Source: Clostridiaceae bacterium (GTDB lineage: Bacteria > Bacillota > Clostridia > Saccharofermentanales > DTU023). From it: 64,000 bases of DNA. Below are positions 29,954-39,611 of this stretch, in pieces. The stretch is from positions 69,663 through 133,662 of the forward strand of contig DUOO01000003.1 in assembly GCA_012838795.1 (NCBI GenBank), written 5' to 3'. Made by a program: the position numbers and the translations under genes. How positions within the stretch are numbered: the first letter of the stretch is position 1; each line of letters starts with the position of its first letter. The notes beneath the pieces are model-generated. The model saw nothing but the letters and a program-made list of their open reading frames with translations, was not told where the DNA came from and did not search any database.

Positions 29954-31399
29954 ATGTCTGATATTGGCTTAATCGGTTTAGCTGTTATGGGCGAAAACTT
30001 AGTGATGAACATGGAAAGCAACGGCTTTTCTGTTTCGGTATATAATCGCACAACTTCTAAGGTAGATGATTTTATTAATGGCAGGGCAAAGGGAAAAAAT
30101 ATTCAAGGTGCTTATTCTTTGGAAGAATTAGTTGAACAAGTCGACAGACCGAGAAAAATTATGATAATGGTTAAAGCCGGTAAACCTGTTGACAATATAA
30201 TTGAACAATTAATTCCTTTACTGGATGAAGGTGATATTTTGATTGATGGAGGAAATTCACATTTCCCGGATACCGAAAGACGCACTAAATATATTGAGAG
30301 TAAAGGCTTGCTGTATATCGGCAGCGGTGTTTCCGGTGGTGAAGAGGGTGCTTTAAAAGGACCATCTCTAATGCCGGGTGGTTCGCCGGATGCATGGCCG
30401 CTCATAAAACCAATATTCCAATCAATAAGTGCTAAAGTTGATGAAGGTGCCGCTTGTTGTGAATGGGTAGGCAGTGGTGGTGCCGGTCATTTTGTCAAAA
30501 TGGTTCACAATGGAATTGAATATGGCGATATGCAGCTTATTTGTGAAGTTTATCAGATAATGAGAGATTATCTGGGCATGACAAATGAAGAAATGCAAGC
30601 TGCATTTGCCAAGTGGAACGAAGGTAAGCTTGACAGTTACTTGATTGAAATTACTGCAGATATCTTGGGCTACAAAGATGAGAATGGCGAAGCTGTCGTA
30701 GATTATGTTTTAGATGCTGCCGGTCAAAAAGGCACCGGTAAATGGACCGGCATTAGTGCTTTAGAAGAAGGAGTACCGCTGACATTAATAGTGGAAGCAG
30801 TTTTTTCGCGTTGCCTCAGTTCACTTAAAGATGAAAGAATAGAAGCAGCTAAAATATTAAAAGGGCCTGAAGTTAAATTTGAAGGGGATAAAGAGCCTAT
30901 ACTCAAGGCTTTACATGATGCTTTATATGCTTCAAAGATTGTTTCTTATGCTCAGGGATATGCTCTGATGAGAACAGCCTCTGAAACATATGATTGGGAT
31001 CTCCAATATGGTGATATCGCTTTGATGTGGCGTGGTGGTTGTATTATCCGCAGTGCCTTTTTAGGTAAGATTAAAGAAGCCTTTGATAAACAACCCGGTT
31101 TGAAAAATTTACTCTTAGATGACTATTTCCGCAAGGAAATTGATGCTGCTCAAGCAGGTTGGCGTGAAGTTGTAGCTGAAGCGGTTAAAGCTGGTATTCC
31201 GGTACCCGCTATTTCATCTGCTCTTGCCTATTATGACGGTTATCGAACAGAAAATCTTCCTGCCAACTTATTACAAGCGCAAAGAGACTATTTTGGAGCT
31301 CATACTTATGAAAGAACAGATCGTCCTCGCGGTCAATTTTTCCATACCAATTGGACCGGCGAGGGTGGTGACACTGCAGCTTCAAACTACGATGTATAA
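29954..31399 (+). CDS. gnd: 6-phosphogluconate dehydrogenase, decarboxylating
   Basis: 481-aa ORF with NADP fold [12 protein letters not shown] plus [21 protein letters not shown] and [10 protein letters not shown]. Confidence 0.95.
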   Translation: MSDIGLIGLAVMGENLVMNMESNGFSVSVYNRTTSKVDDFINGRAKGKNIQGAYSLEELVEQVDRPRKIMIMVKAGKPVDNIIEQLIPLLDEGDILIDGGNSHFPDTERRTKYIESKGLLYIGSGVSGGEEGALKGPSLMPGGSPDAWPLIKPIFQSISAKVDEGAACCEWVGSGGAGHFVKMVHNGIEYGDMQLICEVYQIMRDYLGMTNEEMQAAFAKWNEGKLDSYLIEITADILGYKDENGEAVVDYVLDAAGQKGTGKWTGISALEEGVPLTLIVEAVFSRCLSSLKDERIEAAKILKGPEVKFEGDKEPILKALHDALYASKIVSYAQGYALMRTASETYDWDLQYGDIALMWRGGCIIRSAFLGKIKEAFDKQPGLKNLLLDDYFRKEIDAAQAGWREVVAEAVKAGIPVPAISSALAYYDGYRTENLPANLLQAQRDYFGAHTYERTDRPRGQFFHTNWTGEGGDTAASNYDV

Positions 31400-31438
31400 T
31401 TATCATTATCAGCTATTTTATTATTATATATGTTTAGT

Positions 31439-31480
31439 AAAGATCAGACGAGAATATTAATTCTCGTCTGATCTTTAATT
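31439..31480 (+). terminator. Terminator hairpin after gnd
   Basis: Perfect 17-bp stem AAAGATCAGACGAGAAT (31439-31455) / ATTCTCGTCTGATCTTT (31460-31476). The trailing T-tract is short (TTTAATTT). Confidence 0.7.
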
Positions 31481-31541
31481 TGGTTGAAAATTATTTAGAT
31501 ATTAATTCTATAATTGAAACAATATTTAAAAGTCAATAAAT

Positions 31542-31580
31542 AGAAAATCGCTTTCAACATAATATTGAAAGCGGTTTTCT
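31542..31580. terminator. Second hairpin; possible bidirectional or backup terminator
   Basis: AGAAAATCGCTTTCAA (31542-31557) pairs with TTGAAAGCGGTTTTCT (31565-31580), with one G-U pair. No clean T-run on either strand. Confidence 0.4.
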
Positions 31581-32065
31581 ATAGAGGTAAGTATTTTAAG
31601 GATTGTAGTGTGTAAGTTTTCTTTAATACAATCAATTCTATCATATAATTATTTATTTTTTCAATTTATTTACATTGTTATTATATAATATGCCATAAAA
31701 AAACCATAAAAATTAATAATTTATACAATGTTTGAATATTATATCAGTTTTCAGCAATGAATTTAAATATTATTGAATATTTATATAATTGTAACATAAT
31801 AACTAAAAATTATCCTTATTATCTTAAAACTCTAAAATCTTATTTGTATGATTTTTTCAATCTATTAAACATCAAAATTTTAAAATTTATGAAATTGCTG
31901 TATCAATCAGGACCTTTCAGAGTATTAATTTGTTAATTCGTATAAAAATAACAATCGAATCTTTACATAATCATATTAAACAAGTAGATTTAAGCTTAAT
32001 TATCATATTGAATGACGATTTAATTTTAATAATTAAATGATAAATTTCAGAAATGATTTGCAACT

Positions 32066-32392
32066 AGATTTTTCAGAGGAAACGCGTGATTTGTTGAAAC
32101 CGATAGAGAGGCAAGACAGGTGGAAATTGCCGGCAGAGACTTATTGCTACTCAGTTCCTCGCATCATATGTGATTGCAGTTTGAGATTTAAGCTTAGAAT
32201 TTCAAATGACTAATCCAAGTAGTTTCTTTTATACCCGGTCGAGAAATCAAAAGATCAGGATCATATTAAAAGTAAATTATTGAATGATAGAAAAATACCA
32301 GTTTAATAGATGCAGAGTGAATGAAAATTAATTTTCATTAATTTGGGTGGTACCGCGATAATTCGTCCCAGAGAGTAATCTCTGGGTTTTTT
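32066..32392 (+). promoter_or_regulatory. T-box leader riboswitch (Leu-type, candidate CUC specifier) with intrinsic terminator
   Basis: Stem I elements are the AG bulge GATAGAGAG (32102-32110) and the distal-loop GGTGGAA (32119-32125). CTC occurs at 32150-32152 and 32158-32160 on the 3' side. The T-box sequence is AATTTGGGTGGTACCGCG (32340-32357). The terminator stem is CCCAGAGA (32367-32374) / TCTCTGGG (32379-32386) plus T6. It lies directly upstream of leuA. Confidence 0.85.
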
Positions 32393-32434
32393 ATTTAGTG
32401 GATATAGTCCGATAATTTATTATAGGAGGATAAC

Positions 32435-33940
32435 ATGATAAAAATATTCGATACAACGTTAAGAGATGGTGAACAATCCCCGGGTTGTTCGATGAATTTA
32501 TATGAAAAATTACAAATGGCCAGACAACTTGAACGTTTGGGTGTTGATATCATTGAGGCCGGTTTCCCTGCCGCTTCACAAGGTGATTTTGATGCCGTAC
32601 AAGCAATTGCTCGCAGTCTGAGCAAAACAGTAGTCTGCGGTTTGGCACGTTGTACAAAAAATGATATTGATGCTGCGTATAATGCAATTAAAGATGCAAA
32701 AATGCAACGAATCCATGTATTTATTGCAACATCAGATATCCATTTAAAATATAAATTAAAAAAGACCAGGGAAGAGGTGTTATCTGACATTGCGAAATAT
32801 GTCAGTTATGCGAAATCGTTTGTTGATGACATTGAATTTTCATGCGAAGATGCTTCACGTACCGATTTAGATTTTTTATGCGAAGCAGTGGATATTGCAA
32901 TTAAAAATGGAGCAACAACGATTAATTTGCCCGACACGGTTGGCTATGCCGTACCGGAAGAATATGCCAATATGATCAGGACTGTGATTGAGAATGTACC
33001 AAATGCCGACAAGGTGGATATTTCAGTACATTGTCATAATGATTTAGGTTTGGCTGTGGCCAATTCTTTGGCTGCAGTTAAAGTAGGTGCAACTCAAGTG
33101 GAATGTACGATTAACGGCATAGGTGAACGTGCAGGTAATGCTGCTTGTGAAGAAATAGTGATGGCACTTAAAACCAGACATGATTACTATGGTGAAGAAA
33201 CTGCAATCAAAACAACAGAAATAATGAGAACTTCCAATCTGTTAGAGCAAATCACTGCCACTCGGGTCAGTCCGACCAAACCGATTGTCGGTAAAAATGT
33301 TTTTGCACATGAAGCGGGAATTCATCAGCACGGAGTTTTACAAGAAAAATCGACTTATGAAATCATGGATCCTGCAATGATAGGCATAGTTGAGACGGAA
33401 AATCTTGTCTTAGGTAAACACTCCGGTAAACATGCTCTGCGTGCTAAACTTGAAGAATTAGGCTATGAAGTTGATGACGCTCAAATGGAAGAGGTTTTTG
33501 TTGACTTCAAGAGTATTGCGGATTCGAAAAAAGAAATCTATGATCGTGACATTCATGCTTTGATGCTCAAAGAGTTCCAAAAAGTCAGCGGAGGTTATGA
33601 ATTGATTGACTATTCTGCCTTTACCAGCAACGGCAAGGAATCAAAAACGATAATTAAACTCAGTAACGGTCAAGAAACTATTGAACGTGTCGGTTCGGGT
33701 GCGGGTCCGGTTGATGCAGCATTTGATTGTATGGCAAATATTGTCGGAGATAAATTTCAATTGGAAGATTTTGCAATTCATTCGGTGACCAGAGGCAAGG
33801 ATGCTTTAGGTGAAACATTCTTAAGCTTAAGAAGTGATGATCAAGTATTTAACGGCAAGGGCTTAAGCAATGATATTATTAAATCAAGCATTATTGCCTA
33901 TGTAAATGCTGTAAATCAACAGGTACAAAGTCAAGAATAA
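32435..33940 (+). CDS. leuA: 2-isopropylmalate synthase
   Basis: 501-aa ORF with IFDTTLRDGEQSPG, HCHNDLGLAVANSL and a C-terminal LeuA dimerisation/regulatory domain. Confidence 0.95.
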   Translation: MIKIFDTTLRDGEQSPGCSMNLYEKLQMARQLERLGVDIIEAGFPAASQGDFDAVQAIARSLSKTVVCGLARCTKNDIDAAYNAIKDAKMQRIHVFIATSDIHLKYKLKKTREEVLSDIAKYVSYAKSFVDDIEFSCEDASRTDLDFLCEAVDIAIKNGATTINLPDTVGYAVPEEYANMIRTVIENVPNADKVDISVHCHNDLGLAVANSLAAVKVGATQVECTINGIGERAGNAACEEIVMALKTRHDYYGEETAIKTTEIMRTSNLLEQITATRVSPTKPIVGKNVFAHEAGIHQHGVLQEKSTYEIMDPAMIGIVETENLVLGKHSGKHALRAKLEELGYEVDDAQMEEVFVDFKSIADSKKEIYDRDIHALMLKEFQKVSGGYELIDYSAFTSNGKESKTIIKLSNGQETIERVGSGAGPVDAAFDCMANIVGDKFQLEDFAIHSVTRGKDALGETFLSLRSDDQVFNGKGLSNDIIKSSIIAYVNAVNQQVQSQE

Positions 33941-33987
33941 TATTATCGAAGTTACTCCGGTAAGCAGGAAAGTCAGGAGAGTGCTAA

Positions 33988-35355
33988 ATGCAAAAAACAT
34001 TATTTGAAAAAATTTGGGAAAAGCATGTAATTGTCACAAAAGATGATAAAGATTTGCTTTATATAGATTTACATTTGATTCATGAAGTAACTTCTCCTCA
34101 AGCGTTTGAAGGATTGCGATTAAAAAATCGCAAATTAAGAAGACCCGATCGTACTTTTGCCACGATGGATCATAATACACCGACGATCGCTGCACATCGT
34201 GCTGAAATTAAAGATCAATTGTCAGCAGAACAGTTGAACAGCTTGGCTGCCAATTGTGCGGAATTCGGAGTGACTCTATTTGATATGGAGTCTGAATATA
34301 ATGGAATTGTTCATATGATAGGTCCCGAATTAGGTTTAAGTTTACCCGGTAAAACGATAGTATGCGGAGATTCTCATACTGCGACTCATGGTGCTTTAGG
34401 TGCTCTTGCTTTCGGCATCGGCACCAGTGAAGTAGAAGATGTATTCGCAACTCAATGTATGTGGCAGACTAAACCGAAAACCATGGGGGTGAAAATTACC
34501 GGAAAACCGGCGGATAACGTTTTTGCAAAAGACATTATTTTGAAGTTAATCGCTGAGAACGGTGTTTCTTTCGGTACCGGATATGCGATTGAATATTATG
34601 GTGATACGATCGAAAATATGCCGGTTGAGGAAAGGTTAAGTTTATGTAATATGTCAATTGAAGGAGGAGCGAAATTCGGCATTATTAAACCCGATCAGAA
34701 AACCTTAGATTACATTGTGGGCAGACTTTATACGCCTGAAGGTGAGGAATTTGGAAAATTTACGGAATCAATTAGTGACCTGTATACGGATGATGAATCT
34801 TTATTTGACAAAATAATCACTTTGGATGTAACTAGCTTAAAACCTCAAGTAAGTTATGGTACGAATCCCGCAATGACAGTAGATATTGATCAGGCATTTC
34901 CTGAAATCAATTCATCGGAAGATCAAACAGCTTATAAATATATGGGGCTTCACCCCGGCATGAAAGCTGCAGATATACCAGTTGAATTTGTTTTTATCGG
35001 TTCTTGTACCAACGGACGAATTACCGATTTGCGAATCGCTGCGAAAGTTATGCAGGGGAAAACCATAGCGGACAATATTACTTGTGTAGTTGTTCCGGGT
35101 TCTATGCAAGTATTAAAACAAGCCGAACAGGAAGGATTAGTAGATATCTTTGAACGGGCAGGATGTGAAATGCGAATGCCCGGATGTTCATATTGTTTAG
35201 CTATGAATGAAGACAGAATTGCTCCTGAAACCCATTGCGCCTCAACTTCAAATCGCAATTTTGAAGGCAGGCAGGGCGAACGTTCCAGAACGCATTTAAT
35301 GAGTCCTTATTTAGCTGCGAAAACTGCAATTGAAGGGAGGATCAGCCTTGGATAA
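33988..35355 (+). CDS. leuC: 3-isopropylmalate dehydratase large subunit
   Basis: 455-aa ORF with aconitase-family motifs (CGDSHTATHGA, GSCTNGR, CSYCLAMN). Confidence 0.95.
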   Translation: MQKTLFEKIWEKHVIVTKDDKDLLYIDLHLIHEVTSPQAFEGLRLKNRKLRRPDRTFATMDHNTPTIAAHRAEIKDQLSAEQLNSLAANCAEFGVTLFDMESEYNGIVHMIGPELGLSLPGKTIVCGDSHTATHGALGALAFGIGTSEVEDVFATQCMWQTKPKTMGVKITGKPADNVFAKDIILKLIAENGVSFGTGYAIEYYGDTIENMPVEERLSLCNMSIEGGAKFGIIKPDQKTLDYIVGRLYTPEGEEFGKFTESISDLYTDDESLFDKIITLDVTSLKPQVSYGTNPAMTVDIDQAFPEINSSEDQTAYKYMGLHPGMKAADIPVEFVFIGSCTNGRITDLRIAAKVMQGKTIADNITCVVVPGSMQVLKQAEQEGLVDIFERAGCEMRMPGCSYCLAMNEDRIAPETHCASTSNRNFEGRQGERSRTHLMSPYLAAKTAIEGRISLG

Positions 35356-35923
35356 ATTAGATATTGTAAAATCAAAAGCTACGGTAATATTCAAAGACAA
35401 TATTGATACGGATATTTTGATCCCGAAAAATTATTTAAAATCTACGAAACGCACCGGTTTCGCTGATGCTTTATTTGCTCCGTGGCGCTATGATGAAACC
35501 GGACAACCGATTGAGAATTTTCCGTTAAATCAAGCATCAAATCAAGGTAATCAGATCTTGATTGCAGGTGAAAATTTCGGGTGTGGTTCATCGCGCGAAC
35601 ATGCGGCTTGGGCTTTGCAGGATTTCGGTTTTAAAGTTGTAATTGCCGGCAGTTATTCACCGATTTTTTATATGAATTATTTGAATAATTTGAAGTTGCC
35701 TTTGGTTTTGGGAAGGGCGGAACGTGAAGCCCTGATCGAGCTAGATTCTGAAATTACGGTAAATTTGATCGATAAGACTGTAGCGGCAGGTAATTTATGT
35801 TTTTCTTTTGAAATCGAAAATGTATATCGGGAAAAACTGCTGAAAGGTCAAGACGGAATTGAAGAAATTTTGCAATATATAGATTTAATCGAAGAACATG
35901 AGAATAAATATGAAAAACAATAA
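35348..35923 (+). CDS. leuD: 3-isopropylmalate dehydratase small subunit
   Basis: Motif GENFGCGSSREHAAWAL. The ORF track starts at TTG 35330. TTG 35348 is better placed after GAAGGGAGG (35332-35340). Either start overlaps the leuC stop. Confidence 0.9.
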   Translation: MDKLDIVKSKATVIFKDNIDTDILIPKNYLKSTKRTGFADALFAPWRYDETGQPIENFPLNQASNQGNQILIAGENFGCGSSREHAAWALQDFGFKVVIAGSYSPIFYMNYLNNLKLPLVLGRAEREALIELDSEITVNLIDKTVAAGNLCFSFEIENVYREKLLKGQDGIEEILQYIDLIEEHENKYEKQ

Positions 35924-36971
35924 AATTTTAGTTTTGAAAGGCGACGGTGTCGGCCCTGAAATCATTGATAGTGCACTTGAGGTATTGAATAAGATATCTC
36001 AAAAATCAGGTAAAATATTTCATTTGATTTTTGGAGATATCGGGGGTGTAGCCATTGATAAACATGGACATCCTTTTCCGGAAGAAACCGAACAAAAGCT
36101 TCAAGATGTATCCGCTGTTCTCTTGGGAGCGGTCGGCGGTCCGAAATGGGATAATATAGACCCTGCAATCAGACCTGAAAAAGGTCTTTTGGCTTTGCGC
36201 AAGGCATTGGGTGTATATGCAAATCTGAGGCCTTGCCGTATTTATCCCGGTTTGATTGATAATTCACCTTTGAAACCGGAATATCTCAAAAACGTTGACT
36301 TTGTAATTATACGTGAATTAGTTGGCGGAATTTATTTCGGTAAGCGTGATACTTTTATAGCTAACGGTTTACGAACCGCTTTTGATGAAGAGCGTTATGA
36401 TGAAATGGAAATTAAACGTATAGCGGTGTATGCTTTTGAAACAGCGATGGGACGTTCTAAAAAATTGACTTTGGTTGATAAGGCTAATGTTTTAGATTCA
36501 TCTAAACTGTGGCGTGAAGTTGTCGGAGAAATTGCCGAAGATTATCCGGAAGTAAAATTGGAATATCTTTATGTTGATAATGCTGCTATGCAATTAATTC
36601 GTCAGCCAAGCAGTTTTGATGTTATCTTAACCAATAATATCTTCGGAGATATCTTGTCGGATGAAGCGAGTCAAATTGCCGGTTCAATCGGTCTTTTACC
36701 TTCGGCAAGTTTAGGTGCGAATATCGGACTTTATGAACCTGTTCACGGTTCAGCGCCTGATATTGCAGGTCAAAATATAGTAAATCCTCTGGCAACGATT
36801 TTATCTTTAGCGATGCTTTTGCGTTATTCTTTCGGCTTACAGAATGAAGCTGAGCAAATCGAGCAAGCTGTAGATAAAGTTTTGGCAGATGGTTATCGCA
36901 CTAAAGACTTGGCATCTGATGATTTCTTAGGGACATTTGAGATTACTGATGAAGTAATCAAGAATTTATAA
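35910..36971 (+). CDS. leuB: 3-isopropylmalate dehydrogenase
   Basis: MKNNKILVLKGDGVGPEI N-terminus and NIFGDILSDEAS. The ORF track starts at ATG 35898. ATG 35910 gives the canonical N-terminus. Confidence 0.93.
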   Translation: MKNNKILVLKGDGVGPEIIDSALEVLNKISQKSGKIFHLIFGDIGGVAIDKHGHPFPEETEQKLQDVSAVLLGAVGGPKWDNIDPAIRPEKGLLALRKALGVYANLRPCRIYPGLIDNSPLKPEYLKNVDFVIIRELVGGIYFGKRDTFIANGLRTAFDEERYDEMEIKRIAVYAFETAMGRSKKLTLVDKANVLDSSKLWREVVGEIAEDYPEVKLEYLYVDNAAMQLIRQPSSFDVILTNNIFGDILSDEASQIAGSIGLLPSASLGANIGLYEPVHGSAPDIAGQNIVNPLATILSLAMLLRYSFGLQNEAEQIEQAVDKVLADGYRTKDLASDDFLGTFEITDEVIKNL

Positions 36972-37078
36972 ATAAGTGTGATTGAAAACTTTTAGTAGGA
37001 TTTAATTTTAAATTAAATAAAAATTAACGCCTATAAAATAATTTTCTGCAATATATAATTATAAATGTGTGAAATATA

Positions 37079-37849
37079 ATGATAGAATATAAAAATGTTT
37101 CTTTTATCAGAGACGGTAATGTGATAATTGATAATATAAGTTTTAAAATCGGTCAAAATGAAAATTGGGTTGTTCTCGGACCGAACGGAGCCGGTAAAAG
37201 TGTATTGTTTTCAATGCTGATGGCTTATAACATACCGACCAAAGGAGAAATACAAGCTTTTGGGAAAAAATTCGGTGAATATAATTGGAATAAAATTAAA
37301 TCACGTATCGGTATTGTTTCATCGACAATGATGCGTTTTGAATCGGTTCTTAATCGAATGAGAATATTCGAAATTGTACTTTCGGGCTTAAAACGATCAA
37401 TCGGAATTTACGAAAAGATTACTGAAGCGGAAAAGAAAAGAACTGCTGATTTTATTGCCCAAGCGAATTTTGAATCGATGCAATACAAAGCTTATCGCAA
37501 TCTGTCAGCCGGTGAGAAAAAGAAAACAATGATCTTACGCAGCCTGATTACTGAACCGGACATATTAATATTAGACGAGCCATGTTCTTCTTTGGATTTA
37601 TTTCAAAAAGAATATATATTATGTACTTTGAGTAAGATAAAGAATACAAATATGATTTATATCACACATGATATTACTGAAATTATTCCTGAATTCGGGT
37701 ATATAATGATGTTGAAGGAAGGCAAGATTCTAGCTCAAGGCAATAAAAAAGAAATTCTGAATCAACAGAATTTGCATGCGTTATACGGTCTGGAGGTAGA
37801 AATTAACAATGTTGAAGACCGGCCTACGATCCGGGTAGTCAACTGTTAA
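37079..37849 (+). CDS. Stand-alone ABC ATPase (single domain, ModF/YlmA-like), no adjacent permease
   Basis: 256-aa ORF with Walker A GPNGAGKS, signature LSAGEKKK, Walker B ILILDEP and an H-loop ITHD. It is flanked by gene-free spacers of 107 and 96 nt inside the leu-ilv operon. Confidence 0.8.
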   Translation: MIEYKNVSFIRDGNVIIDNISFKIGQNENWVVLGPNGAGKSVLFSMLMAYNIPTKGEIQAFGKKFGEYNWNKIKSRIGIVSSTMMRFESVLNRMRIFEIVLSGLKRSIGIYEKITEAEKKRTADFIAQANFESMQYKAYRNLSAGEKKKTMILRSLITEPDILILDEPCSSLDLFQKEYILCTLSKIKNTNMIYITHDITEIIPEFGYIMMLKEGKILAQGNKKEILNQQNLHALYGLEVEINNVEDRPTIRVVNC

Positions 37850-37945
37850 GAAATGATTGCCGGGTTGCTGAATGATTTGCAGCTGGAATTCGATTTAGAT
37901 AAGAAATAACTCTAAATAAAATCTTATAGATTGAGGAGGGAAGAG

Positions 37946-39607
37946 ATGAAATATACAGGAGCGGAAATATTAATTAAAACACTGCTTGATGAAGGCGTAG
38001 ATACAATATTCGGCTATCCGGGTGGAGCTGTTATTGATATATATAATGCTCTTTACGATTATCAAGATCAAATCAAACATATCAGACCGAGCCATGAACA
38101 AGGCGGGGTACATGCTGCTGACGGTTACGCCAGAAGCACGGGAAAAACCGGAGTATGCATAGCTACCAGCGGTCCCGGTGCAACTAATATGATAACCGGT
38201 ATTGCGACAGCTTACATGGACAGTATTCCTTTAGTTTGTATCACCGGTAATGTTGCAAGTCATTTAATTGGTAAAGATGCTTTCCAGGAAATTGATATTT
38301 ACGGTGTAACAATGTCGGTCACCAAACATAATTTTATGGTGAGCGATGTTGCGAAATTACAAGATACAGTTCGCAAGGCTTTCAGTATAGCTAATTCCGG
38401 TCGCAAATCGCCTGTTTTGATTGACGTACAAAAAGATGTCATGCAAAGCATGTATGAATATGAACCTAAACCAAGTTTACCTTTAGCTCAATTACCTCAA
38501 TTTGAACAAAGTGAAATAGAAAAATTGGCTGAATATATTAACAATGCAAATAAGCCGATCATTTATGCCGGTGGCGGAGTTAATTCTTCCAATGCCGGTA
38601 AGGAATTACGTGAACTGATGAATAAAGCCAGTATTCCTGCGGTCAATACTATTATGACAATCGGTGTTTTGGGTGAGCTGGATCAGTTAAATCTCGGTAT
38701 GGTAGGAATGCATGGCAAAAACAGTTCAAATTTTGCCATTGAAAATTCTGATTTGGTAATTGCTTTAGGTACCAGATTTTCTGATCGAGTTGCTCTGAAT
38801 ACTAAGCATTTTGCACCTGATGCAAAAATTATTCAGGTTGATATTGATGCAAGTGAAATGAATAAAAATGTTATAGTCGATTATGCAGTAGTCGGTGATG
38901 TCAAAGAAGTTTTGACAGCATTGTTGCCTTTGATTGAGACAAAAAACCGTCAAGCTTGGCTGGATAATATTGCCGAATTCAAAAAAGAAGATTATCAAGC
39001 ACCATGCTGTGAAGAACAAATTAAGCCACATCAATTAATTTCATACGTAGTGAATGAGCTGGGAGAAGATTTAATTGTAGTTACCGATGTCGGCCAACAT
39101 CAAATGTGGTCTGCTCAATATTGTGCCAGAACCAAACCGCGCACTTTCTTAACCAGCGGCGGCCTGGGGACAATGGGTTTCGGTTTCGGTGCGGCAATCG
39201 GTGCAAAAGTCGGTAATCCGGACAAACCGGTTGTTTTATTTACCGGTGACGGTTCATTTACGATGAATATGAATGAATTAAAAACTGCTGTTGATTCCAA
39301 GATCAAAACTACAACTATTATTTTGAACAACCATACTTTGGGTATGGTTCGTCAGTGGCAAAACCTGCTTTATAATAAGCGTTTCAGCCAAACTGACATC
39401 AATCATTCATTTGACTATGTAAAGTTAGCTGAAGCTTTCGGGGCGAAAGGTTATAGTTGTAAAACTGTAAACGAATTTAAAGCTGCTTTTATTGATAGTC
39501 AAAAACAAGATGGTCCGGTCATTATCGAGGTTTTGATTGATCAAGATGAATTAGTCTTGCCGATGATTCCGGCAGGTGGTACCGTAGAAGATATTATTAT
39601 GGAGTAA
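37946..39607 (+). CDS. ilvB: Acetolactate synthase (acetohydroxyacid synthase) large subunit
   Basis: MKYTGAEILIK...GYPGGAVIDIYNAL and the TPP motif GGLGTMGFGFGAAIGAK...GDGSFTMN. ATG 37946 follows GAGGAGGG. The ORF-track TTG 37931 lies within the RBS. Confidence 0.95.
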   Translation: MKYTGAEILIKTLLDEGVDTIFGYPGGAVIDIYNALYDYQDQIKHIRPSHEQGGVHAADGYARSTGKTGVCIATSGPGATNMITGIATAYMDSIPLVCITGNVASHLIGKDAFQEIDIYGVTMSVTKHNFMVSDVAKLQDTVRKAFSIANSGRKSPVLIDVQKDVMQSMYEYEPKPSLPLAQLPQFEQSEIEKLAEYINNANKPIIYAGGGVNSSNAGKELRELMNKASIPAVNTIMTIGVLGELDQLNLGMVGMHGKNSSNFAIENSDLVIALGTRFSDRVALNTKHFAPDAKIIQVDIDASEMNKNVIVDYAVVGDVKEVLTALLPLIETKNRQAWLDNIAEFKKEDYQAPCCEEQIKPHQLISYVVNELGEDLIVVTDVGQHQMWSAQYCARTKPRTFLTSGGLGTMGFGFGAAIGAKVGNPDKPVVLFTGDGSFTMNMNELKTAVDSKIKTTTIILNNHTLGMVRQWQNLLYNKRFSQTDINHSFDYVKLAEAFGAKGYSCKTVNEFKAAFIDSQKQDGPVIIEVLIDQDELVLPMIPAGGTVEDIIME

Positions 39608-39611
39608 GCTT

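Noticed and set aside
31542-31580. Hairpin arms containing TGAAAGCG, considered as a CcpA cre site.
   Set aside because: The two halves are separated by the loop, so the contiguous 14-nt cre consensus (TGWAANCGNTNWCA) is not satisfied. A plain hairpin is the simpler reading.
31757-31936. 59-codon ORF in the AT-rich spacer, considered as a possible small protein or recombinase remnant.
   Set aside because: It has no RBS, extreme Asn/Ile/Leu/Tyr/Lys composition driven by AT content, and only a vague resemblance to recombinase N-termini. It is kept as part of a low-confidence finding and not called as a gene.
32395-32790. 131-aa minus-strand ORF overlapping the 5' end of leuA, starting a few nt downstream of the T-box terminator.
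   Set aside because: It is antisense to the highly conserved LeuA N-terminus, and no independent support exists.
37931-37945. Upstream alternative starts in the ORF track for ilvB (37931), ilvE (44070), cdd (45140), udp (45675), UDG (46453), leuB (35898), valS (16069) and leuD (35330).
   Set aside because: In each case a downstream ATG or TTG has a better-placed Shine-Dalgarno sequence and restores the canonical N-terminus. Several of the longer versions would overlap the preceding gene extensively.
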